From NCBI GenBank assembly GCA_964016885.1, contig OZ024740.1, positions 325,624,001-325,688,000 of the forward strand: DNA of 64,000 nucleotides, read 5' to 3'. The notes beneath the pieces were generated by a model. That model was not told the DNA's origin and ran no database searches. It saw only the letters and a list, made by a program, of their open reading frames with translations. Shown piece by piece: positions 39,815 to 50,000 of this stretch. How positions within the stretch are numbered: position 1 is the first letter of the stretch; each line of letters opens with the position of its first letter. The position numbers and the translations under genes are program-made. The stretch is from Eledone cirrhosa (lineage: Eukaryota).

Positions 39815-40205
39815 TATGACAAAATACTGGTGTGTATGAATATAACAAGAGACTCAGTTGTGTGTATAATGTTTAATTAACAAGTTGAAGTTATGTAGAA
39901 TAGAATTGATGACATGTCAAGAGTAGATGAAAGAATGAAGTAAAGTTATTTGTTACCGTTTTGAAGTGAGCTCGCAAGAGACCATGTTAGGGTTGCCAGA
40001 GAGTAGAGACTCGGCGAACGCGCTGGGCCGAAGGGCCAGGCTAGTTAGAAGAGAGTGAGATCGCCCTGAGCTATCCCTTTTATAGGGTCCCAGGACGGAA
40101 GTGACAAAAAGTGTTCTGCCACCCCAACGGGAAGTAACTCCAGCTACTTCCTGTCTAGAGAGCGGTGATGTGATTGTCACAACAAGGGAGGCAACTCTTG
40201 CTACA
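39815..40205 (-). mobile_element. Probable solo LTR (391 bp)
   Basis: Insertion relative to paralogous gttgataatgattt, with ATAA(T) duplicated at both sides. Minus strand starts TGTAGC and ends GTCATA (CA>TA); TATAAAAG at 40077-40084 and ATTAAA near 39872. Confidence 0.7.
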
Positions 40206-40535
40206 ATAATGATTTATAAAATATGAAAGTAAATTATTGTTATTCGTTGAAATAATTAGTTGATTTATAAGAAAACTAAGACCGAGTCTTTGAATTGGTC
40301 TAATGCTGGTGAGTTTTAAATAAGACACCTAAGGCTGAAGAAAAAGACATATTATGACACCCAATGCTGGTCAGTCTTTACTGACTATACGTTGTGAGAT
40401 ACTAGGCTCAATGTGTAAAACTAGAATTTAATTTATATGTATTCTACACCATACAGTATATTGTCAATTTTACTCACTGCCAGTAGTTGATACTTATGTT
40501 CATATGGCTGTGAATAATCTCGTCATATATCAGTT

Positions 40536-40648
40536 GTCAGGATGGCCGAGCTGTCTAAGGCGCCAGACTCAAGGTGTAATACCTTAACCAGAACATTGAG
40601 TATTCTGGTCCACTAATGTGGGCGTGGGTTCGAATCCCACTTCTGATA
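40536..40648 (+). pseudogene. tRNA-Leu(CAA), full length with D-loop GG>TG and C72>T; probably impaired
   Basis: gagctgtctaagg and ttctgata; its upstream flank is closest to that of the 8924 copy. Confidence 0.7.
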
Positions 40649-40961
40649 AACTTATATTTTGTTTTATGTAATTCCTATATTCTCTCAGCATATTTTACCT
40701 CTTAAATATATACGTTACTTGTTAATATATTTATCAGCATGAAATTCAATCTTAGTTTAAATAATTATATACAAAAATATGTGATAACTATTGTATATAT
40801 AATAACTGGTTTTATATATTCAAATATTATATACACAGATGTGCTGGCTGGTGTCTTTTACCAGCTAACATATGCCCTGTATGTATAAAAATTAAATATA
40901 CAACTGGCCATTATATATGCACAAACCACCACGTTTGTATGTAACAGATTAATATATAACT

Positions 40962-41340
40962 GGCACCAACACGACCACTTTATAGGGAGGCCTGACTATT
41001 TTATAATGGTACCAATACGAATACTTTACAGAGTGGCTTGGGTGTTTTTAGCGTGGCACCAATACGACTACTTTATAGGGTGATCTGGGTGTATTTTATT
41101 ATGGCACCAATACGACCACTTTACAGAGTAGACTGGGTGTTTTATCATAACACTAATACGACCAATTTACAAAGTGAGCTGGTATGTTTATCGTGGCATT
41201 AAAACAACTACTTTGCAGAGTAGGCAGGTGAGCTTTATCATGGTACCTATACGACCACATTATAGATTAGACAGGATGTGTTTTATTGTGGCATCAATAC
41301 GAGCACATTACAAACTGTATTGGGTGCATTTTATTGTAGC
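40962..41340 (+). repeat. Degenerate ~47-bp minisatellite of LINE 3'-UTR type
   Basis: About 8 units of ggcaccaatacgaccactttacagagtagactgggtg. Confidence 0.8.
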
Positions 41341-42551
41341 GAGAGCACGAAAGTACTCGCTGTGTTCTTGGCGAGACTGGGGGAATGGAAAAGCAAGGAA
41401 AGTAATTTTAAATCGGCCTTTCGACATTCCATGTAGATCCTGACCCCTTTCTTAAACCACGAAACTAACTTCTAATATCTGAAAAAAAGATCAAGTACTA
41501 AACTTGCAGGTCACGTATGGACCTTTATATCTCACTCTATATCTAAAACATCTCTCTCTATATATGTCTCACTCTTCTCGTTTGGAACTATTTCACATTT
41601 GAAGGAAAAGAACACAACCATTACAAAATAGTCACAAGCTGATGATCAGGAGCCTGTCTTTGTGAATAAATAGACGACCAGAGAAACAATTGTATCATAA
41701 ATAACACCATAATTAGTGTTATAAATGTCTATATATCAAACACTTTTTCATACACACACGCACACATATATAACTACTGTAACGCTATGCACTCCTTCTG
41801 TGGTTAACTGTTTACTTAACAGCGCGGCAACCCCCCTCCCCCTCTCCTCTTTATTGATGAAAGTCTATTTATATTTCCCTCCTCCTGGCGTTAACATTTC
41901 CACAACTGGTCTGCACCGTATCCTGTCCTGTTTCCAGTCGAAAGACACTGACTTGTTGTCCTGTCTCGAAATTGTATTGACAAAGGTGTGGCTGAAGAGG
42001 AAGTTCGATGCCTTTGTCATTCGTCCTATGTGTCATTCTTTTCGTGTCCAACTTTATTATATATATATATATATAAAGAGAGAGAGGGAGGGAAGGAGAG
42101 ATGTGTAAATATATAAAGACATGTACATGTCCCTCTTTCTCTTTGAGTTTTCTTTCCGTTTTAAAACAGCATAGCAGAAGTGGCTGTTATTTCTAGCAGG
42201 TTGGGAGATGACCAGGCTAAAAAAAGAAATTTCTATAAGGGAGATAACTTTTAAAGAGAAATAACTCAGAGAAACATTTTCAGAAAAAAAATTCATTTAA
42301 TTTAATTATAAAATTGCGTACTTTAAAACAGAACGCAGACATGGAGAAACAATTTGTTCAGAAGTCCGCTTTGCTATCATAAGTTCCAGGGTTCGATCCC
42401 ACAATAGACTCAGGTTAACCCATGCCTTATGTGTGAAATTCGGTAAGTAGAAGCTGTATAGGAGCTCGGATAAATTGTACGTGTAATTCAAAGATTCAAG
42501 CTTGTCTACATTAAGGGTACACCTGTCTGGAATATTCAACCACTTAAACAA

Positions 42552-42782
42552 TAATGGTTTCTGATTTAGGCACAAAGCCAACAATTTTGGATGTAAAGAG
42601 AGTAAAGTCGATTAAATCGACCCTAGTGCATTACTGGTACTTTATTTTTATCAACCCCGTAGGGATGAAAAGCAAAGATAACCTCAGCGGGATTCGAACT
42701 CAGAACGTAAAGGGTTGTAACTCAATGCCACAAAGCATGCTGTCAGACGCTCTACCGATTACTGCCAAATCACCTACCTCAG
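42552..42782 (-). mobile_element. tRNA-derived SINE, same family as 3882-4070
   Basis: Shared ctggtactttattttatcaacc...aacctcagcgggattcgaactcag. Confidence 0.8.
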
Positions 42783-43070
42783 CACTTACACTATAATACA
42801 AGATGATTTGTAGCTGTAATATAAAGATCCTGTTTTATTACAATGACACGTTGATTAGGGGGAATTGTATTGAGGGCAAATATATCTCTAGAATACTCAG
42901 CTAACTAGATGTTAATCTAACAAAATATGGCGTTTACTTGATGGTTCTTTGAGCAAGTGCCTTGTAAGTGAAATTAGGTAGACTGAAACTCTGTGTATGT
43001 GTGTGTGTGTGTGTGAGTGTGTGTGTGTGTGTATCCGTGCATGTATGTGTGAATGTACTATGTATTTATA

Positions 43071-43250
43071 TAGTGAAATTCCGTTATAACGAAATTCATC
43101 AGGTATTAAAAAAAAATTCGTCGTAACGAAAAATTCTTTATAACAAGATCAACCAAAACAAATCGAGTGTTATTACCACAAGGATTGAAAAAAAATTTGC
43201 TATACTGAAAAATTCGTTATAATGTTATTCGTTATAACGGAATTTTACCT
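43071..43250. mobile_element. MITE, Tc1/mariner-pogo-like
   Basis: TIRs gtgaaattccgttataacgaa / ttcgttataacggaattttac, with internal ttcgttata subrepeats. Confidence 0.75.
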
Positions 43251-43373
43251 TTACATTTGTGTATTTATATGTATGTGTATATGTGTGTGTGTGTATGTAT
43301 ATTATATATATGAAGTATTTCCGTAGGAAAGGTAAAGAAAAAGAGAGTGCTCTATGTAGGCTACAGAGCTTTT

Positions 43374-43535
43374 TAGTTATATAATAAACAACATAAGATA
43401 ATTAAATCATTTACCAGTGGTTTCTTGAAGACAGATATTTATATCTGTCTTCAGTCGTCGACAGATATAAATATCTGTCTTCAAGAAACCACTGGCAAAT
43501 GATTTAATTATCTTACGTTGTTTATTACATAACTA
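43374..43535. repeat. Long palindrome: 76-bp arms, 10-bp spacer
   Basis: Arms 43374-43449 and 43460-43535 with about 3 mismatches. Confidence 0.9.
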
Positions 43536-43663
43536 TATATATATATATATATATCACCTTGACTGACCAGTCTGTCGGGCGCCAATCGGCGCAGTTGGTC
43601 ACAGCACGTCGTGCTGTTTTAGCCATAAGATAATGCCATCCCACTGGCTGGGCGGGCAGGCTG

Positions 43664-43729
<66 letters not shown>

Positions 43730-43789
43730 ATGTATATCTTTCAATGAGGCATGTAATTCCTGATTTGATACTAAACTGTTTTATTTGAA

Positions 43790-44596
43790 GGATGTAAACA
43801 ACAAGCAAATCATAAAACCAACAAGCTCCATAAGATGTGTAATGTTAATGTGTATGGACAACGAAGTACCGATGAGTTGAGGGAGAAACTGGGTACTCTC
43901 AGGTCACAAATAATACACCACCACCTCCCATCCCTCATCCCCACTACTTATTAATTTTTTCAGACTTTTTCCAACCCTCCCCCGCTCTTATTCCACCCCC
44001 TCCCCGCACCCCCGCTTATCAAATTTTACTAATCTATCTCTGGCAAAATTTTATTTTAAGTAGTAGCATTCCTGCAACAATTAATTTTCTTTGTACATTA
44101 AAAAATATTATACATGACAAAAAAAGTGCATTACTAGAATCCCCATGTTATAAAATAAATAGAATGGGTTGTAAGCTAAACAACTAATTCTGAGGGCTTT
44201 TTTAAATCAAAGAAGACAATCTAAAAAAATTACTGATTTTCCACACATACCCTCTCCCCACTTATTCCAATCCCTTATTATTTGGGACCCGAGAGTTTAA
44301 GAGGAATCAAATGTTGTGTGCAAGAGAGAAGATTGCACTGGTATGGACATGTGATGTACATAAAGGATGGTTGTTATGTGAAGAAGTGTGCCAAGAGTTC
44401 CATGTGGAAGGAAGCTGTAGTGGAGGGAGACGAAGAAGAAAGACCTTGGCTAGAAGTGGTGAGTACAGAGCTCAAAATGCTGAACCACATGATGGAGATG
44501 ACAAATGAATACAACAAGCGGAAGAAGGCTGTGCTGAAAAAGACCAATCCAAACTATACCAGTATGGAAAAATAGACATAAAAATGATGATGATGA
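43790..44596 (+). mobile_element. Degenerate RTE-like LINE 3' fragment interrupted by a MITE
   Basis: ELREKLG / RGIKCCVQERRLHWYGHVM homology; (ATG)n tail at about 44584-44596. Confidence 0.75.
43895..44296. mobile_element. MITE nested in a LINE fragment
   Basis: TIRs actctcaggtcacaaataata / tattatttgggacccgagagt (19/21 match); LINE homology resumes on both sides. Confidence 0.75.
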
Positions 44597-44830
44597 TATT
44601 CTTTGAGTTAAGATCCCTGTAGCATTTGTTCTGCACCAAGGTACAGATACACCCTATCACTCTCACCATAGTAAATTCCGTGAATCTAAGATTGGAACTT
44701 TGGAAACCTGAAAGCAATGACAATGCTATTGTTTACCAATTGTAATATTAGAACAAATATAAAACAGAACAGAACAGAGAAGTACTCAATATATAAAATA
44801 AAGTTTTCCAGATGTGATTAAATAAAACAG

Positions 44831-44836
44831 TTTATT
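44831..44836 (-). terminator. Candidate APEX2 polyadenylation signal
   Basis: AATAAA on the minus strand about 1.1 kb after the stop codon, followed by T-rich sequence; not verified. Confidence 0.35.
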
Positions 44837-45174
44837 ATCTAATTAATATATTAATTAAAATATCTCACTACTCCTTATGTGATGATGTGTCACAATGGGA
44901 AAAATAGCATCTTTATACAATGTATTGAGTACTACACTTCTTAAACAGCATACCTCTGTCCAGATTATTAACTACAGCTTGAAACTGCAACTTCAAGGAG
45001 TGTGTAGAATGAGTTGGAGCAGTTTGGAATTGAGCCTAGAATTAACTTCACATAGGGATTAACAACTTTCTGTGTTGTTCACAACAAATTGGTATTTTGT
45101 TTCTTAAAATTAGTTTGATTGTTGAGTGGAATATCAGAGCAAGAGGAAGACAAAGAATAACTTGCAGAGGTTGA

Positions 45175-45750
45175 TGGGAATAGAACCAGGGATAATGATG
45201 TGAAGATAAATAGAATGATATGGTTGGGTCATGTGTTGAGGAAAGCTGAAAGTGACTAGGTGAAAGGAATAGAACCAGTGATGAATGTTGTGAAGAGAAA
45301 TGGAATGAGATGGTTGGGTCATCTGTTGAAGAAGGGTAAAATTGACTGTGTGAGAGGAACAGAGCCAGTGGTGAATGTTGTAAAGAGAAATGGAATGAGA
45401 CAGGTCATGTGTTGAAAGGAATACAGTCAATGAGAAAAGTTGTGAAGAGAAATGAAATAAGATAGATGAAAGGTACTGGACGAAAAGAATAGAACCAGTG
45501 ATATATGTTGTGAATGAGATGGTTAGGTCATGTTTTGAGGAAGGGTGAAATAGAGCTCATAATGTATGTTGTGAAGAAAAATGAAATGGAATGGTTGGGT
45601 CAAGTGTTGAGGAAGGATAAAATTGACTGTGTGAGAGGAGTAGAGCAAGTGATGAATGTTATGAAGACAAATGGAATGAGATGTCTGGGTCATGTGTTGA
45701 GGAAAGTTGAAAGTGAGGGAAGTGATGGAAATTAATATGGAAGGCAACAG
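45175..45750 (+). repeat. Degenerate ~90-bp tandem repeat derived from LINE ORF2 C-terminal (RWLGHVLR) coding sequence
   Basis: About 7 units of gaaccagtgatgaatgttgtgaagagaaatggaatgagatggttgggtcatgtgttgagg. Confidence 0.75.
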
Positions 45751-45926
45751 AGAAAAAAGACATGGCTAAAGACAATGAAAGGGAAAATGAAAGCCAAGTT
45801 ATTGGCAGGTGGGTACAGAGGATAGGGGAAAATGAAGAACCTTGCCATGAGGCTGGCTACTTGCTGTTTCCTAAAAATAGAAATTTCAAATTTGTTGAAC
45901 TTTTTAATATTTCTTTTAACATTAAG

Positions 45927-47036
45927 CTACCTTTTAAAATCTTTAATCCATTTGAAGTAATTACAGCGTGCTTCCTGATTATTGGTAGCTCCATCAGGTC
46001 TGGCACAAGTATAGAACTGTCTACCTTGAGTAGGACCAGGTTTCTTAACAGTCCTCAGAACACAGGCCTCTTTGTGGCCAGAACACAAAGGAGCTGGAGG
46101 TGGGCCTTTCAAGAGATTTTTCCAAGCAAAAACCTGGGATTTTGACTCCAAAGACGTCTGATCTGTTGTTGATGTTGACTTGGCACTGGAAACCATTATT
46201 GAAGAATCTTGAACATTTTTAGAAACTCCTACAGAAGATGTCGAACAATCTTCCTGAGAACTCGATGTACCATTAATATCCAAGTCATCTGATGAAGGGT
46301 TCTTACCGTCTCTAAGTTCTTTCTGTTCTAAAGAAGGATCTTGTCCTTTCTGACTTGAACTAGAACAAAGTAAAGAGGAGGGTTTCTTGTTTAAAAACCC
46401 CATTAAATTTATTTGTTTAGGTTTATTCTCCAGGCAAGATTTGCCCCTTTTTTTCTGTGATACCAAACTCTCAGATGATTGCCGCTTCAAGGAATGCGGA
46501 GAAAGTTTCCTTTTGTTTTTCCCATCTGGACTTGGTGAGTGTTTGGGAGTGTTTCTATTGTTCTCAGCTATGTCTTGGGATGGTTTAGGATAAGATTTGG
46601 TAAAAAACATGGACAGCTTTTGTTGTTTTCCAGCAAACTCTGGCATGAACTTTGCACAATGACTTGGGCACTTTAAAGCAGTAATAACTGTACAATCAAA
46701 ACTGGCTTTAACTGGGCAATGGTCAGAACCTTCGACATTGGCCATAATACAACAATCAACCAGAAGCGGTTGAAGGAGTTCATCACAGAGAATGTAATCA
46801 AGACGTCTACCAAAGTTTGTCTGTCTGGCACCAGTTAGTGTACACCAGTTAGTATATGCTTCCTGCTTGTTGGGGTAGAGATAGCGGAAGGTGTCCACAA
46901 AGGTTCCTCCTTTAACATTGGTAGGTTGGCTGTCTGTATCAGCCAGTTCTTTATTGTTGGAAAGTTCCTTGACTTGTTGTTTGTGACACAACATTTGATT
47001 TAGCCACAGTCGACTTGGCATCGAATGGGAACCACC
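45927..47036 (-). CDS. APEX2: APEX2 coding exon 6 (EEP end, PIP-like boxes, Zf-GRF)
   Basis: FVDTFR..YTNW..GRRLDYIL..GSDHCPV..PEFAGKQQKLSMFF..PLCSGH..GRQFYTCARP..CNYFKW; acceptor ttccag. Confidence 0.96.
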   Translation of the reverse strand, partial: GGSHSMPSRLWLNQMLCHKQQVKELSNNKELADTDSQPTNVKGGTFVDTFRYLYPNKQEAYTNWCTLTGARQTNFGRRLDYILCDELLQPLLVDCCIMANVEGSDHCPVKASFDCTVITALKCPSHCAKFMPEFAGKQQKLSMFFTKSYPKPSQDIAENNRNTPKHSPSPDGKNKRKLSPHSLKRQSSESLVSQKKRGKSCLENKPKQINLMGFLNKKPSSLLCSSSSQKGQDPSLEQKELRDGKNPSSDDLDINGTSSSQEDCSTSSVGVSKNVQDSSIMVSSAKSTSTTDQTSLESKSQVFAWKNLLKGPPPAPLCSGHKEACVLRTVKKPGPTQGRQFYTCARPDGATNNQEARCNYFKWIKDFKR

Positions 47037-50000
47037 CTGGAAGGTCATAAAACAACAGAATTTTAATAACAGTAATAATTACATTAACACATATGTACAC
47101 ACATCAATAACATAATTCACAACACAATATTTATATATACATATATGACACAATTCACAACACACATAAATAACACAATTCTTAATATAACACACACAAC
47201 ACATAAATAACACAACTCACAACACACATATATAAATAACATAACCCACACAACACATCATCATCATTGTCATCATCACCACCACCACCAACATCATCAT
47301 CATCACCATCACCATCACCATCAACAGCAACAACATTGTTTCACATCCATTTTCCATTCTTGCATAGGTTAGATGAATTGTCACGTTATGAGACAAATGA
47401 GATCAGGTGACCATGTCTTGCTCACACAGATCTGTATTTTGGCTTGGTTTCTATGGTTAGATGCCCTTCCTAACACCAACCATATTACAGTGTGGATTGG
47501 GTGTTTTTCATCATGGCACCAAAATGACTATCTAACAGAATGGACTGGGTGGTTTTCTGTCATGTCACCAGCACAACCACCTTACAGGGTGGACTGGGTG
47601 CTTTTTGTTGTGCCTCCAACACAAACACTTTACAGGATGGACAGGGGTCTTTTTATTGTGTCACCAACATAAACACCTTACAGGCTAGACTGGGGGCTTT
47701 TTGCTCATCTCATCAGCATGACCACTATACATGGTGAACTGGGAGCCTGTTGTCATGTCATCAGCACAACCACCTTACAGGGTGGACTGGCTACTGCTTC
47801 TTGTCATGTTACCAGTATGATCAGCTTACAGGGTGGACTGGGTGCTTTTGTTATTGAGGCACCAAATCACCCTACAGGGTGGAGAAAGTGCTTTTTTTTG
47901 TAGTGGTAGCAGCATTATAGGAAGGGCAGAGAGCAGATTTGGAGTGTATCCAGCTTTCCATGCTTGTGTGCATGGATTGAACAGGACAGAAGAGGTACAT
48001 CAGGAGTGTGGAAGGTGGGGAGAGGAACATGTATGCAAGTTGTACATCGACAAAGTGAGTGGGATATTTATCAGGTGAGAGTGAATGGAGGAGGGATAGA
48101 GAGAAGATTGGTGCCAACTGTGTCCTCTACATGTTTGTTTCATTCTGTGCACATGGGAAGGATGGTCTTCTGCAGTATAGCATAACACCAGAGATCCTGA
48201 TTCTATGTCATCTCCTTTGAGAGGCTTGATTATGCAAGGTCATCTTTTATCACTTCATCCCATGCTTTCCTATGTCTTCCTCTTCCATAGCTTCCAACAA
48301 CTTTGAGTGCCCTGCACCTTTTAATATGCATCTCATGTCCATACTACCACAATCTCCTCCCTGCAACACTGCATCTGATCCCTCTTATGCTCAGTTTCTC
48401 TCAGTTCATTGATGCTTCACTATTCATGCACGCTACTATTATACATCCATTGAAGCATGCATGCTTCATTTCTTTCCAATCTTTGTAGGTCCTCTGCACA
48501 CAGTCCCCAGGTCTCACTTTCATGTGGTTCATACATAAGCATCATACAATCTGCCTTTCATTTTGAGAAAAAACCACTTTGTATTTAACAGTGTTAGTAG
48601 CTCCCAGAACTTTTTCTATTCCATTCTCAATTTGGCTAATGTACTTTCAGAACACCCACCTTCACAGCTAATTTGGTCACCCAAGTAACAGAAGCTATCA
48701 GCTTCTTCTACAGAGCCTTCTGAGCATTTGATAGAGTTTGTTTCCTGCAAGCTCTTGCTGCTTACTTCTCCTGTGCATTGACCACATATAAAATCTACGT
48801 TCTTTGCTAGCCTGCCTGACATCCCACTATATCTCTTGTATATCCATAGTTTGCAATTGGGACATAGGATGTAATTTCTACCCACTCCTTTCCTGCACAC
48901 TGAGCAAGGCCATTGCCCTGAAGAGATTAGGGCCCTGTTTTTCTTTCTACTTACTCGGACTTTAGTCATAGCCTAGTTGACTTTAAGACCTTTTGCTTCC
49001 AAGCTATACTTCCAGCTATACTTAAGTGATTGGTAATAAGAAGGACATCCAGTAAGCTGAAATGTGTATAAGAATATATGACATCTGGCTTATTCTAGGA
49101 AGACAATAGCTCAGATCAAAAATAGACTTGTTTTGTAATAACCCATCCAATCCATGGCAGCATAGAAAAATAGACTTATGATGATTATGATGATGATAAT
49201 GATGGTAATAATTTTGTCCAATAAAGCATAGTATAAGTGACATCATAGAACCAGGGGTAGTTTCCGGTGGATTGGTTAAATAGAAATGAGTCAAACAGAC
49301 ACAATGACATTGTGTGTGTTCCTAAACCAATAAATATTAAAAAGAACACTGACCTCTGAATCTGGCTCACAGTGGTCAATATTTTGGTGAGTTGTATTGA
49401 GGTCACCAAGTATGATTACATGACTGAAATTAGAAATATATAGATATATATATAGTTATATAGTAAGTCAAAAGTCAGTGAGATATGTGAGTACTGTGTT
49501 GCATTAGAATATGTGGAAAATGGGACAACACAAATATGAATGAAGGAAAACAGCTCAGTACACAAATGGACAAAATCTAAGGAATGGGACAAACACAACA
49601 AGCAGTTCTTACCGTTAGTCAATACCTCTGGACCATGGGTTTGTTTGTTTTTTTTTTTTGTTTTTTTTTGTTGTTGTTTTGTTTTGGTTTTTTTGGGGGG
49701 GGGGGGGGGGGGGGGGGGGGCAGAAAATATCAGGAAACCATAGCTTGGAGTCCTACCACAGTGCTATTGACAAAATAGGATGGACATTGTTCAGAAGAAA
49801 AAAAATAAAATAAGAGAAAAATAATTGTTTCTACTTTAGGCACAAGGCCAGCAATTACCCAGTGCATTACTGGTACTTTATTTTATCGACCCCCGTAAGG
49901 ATGAAAGGCAAAGTTAACCTCGGCGGGATTTGAACTCAGATCGTAAAGGGACGTAACTATGCTAAGCAGACACAGACAGACAAGTAAGTTTGATGAACAG

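Noticed and set aside
41930-42010. CTGAAGAG and GAAA words as a second hammerhead (also ctgaaga in the 43374 palindrome)
   Set aside because: I could not build a stem II closed by GAAA together with stems I and III in the required order.
46078-46086. Complementarity between the tRNA intron (ccagaaca) and APEX2 mRNA
   Set aside because: Only about 8 nt; expected by chance.
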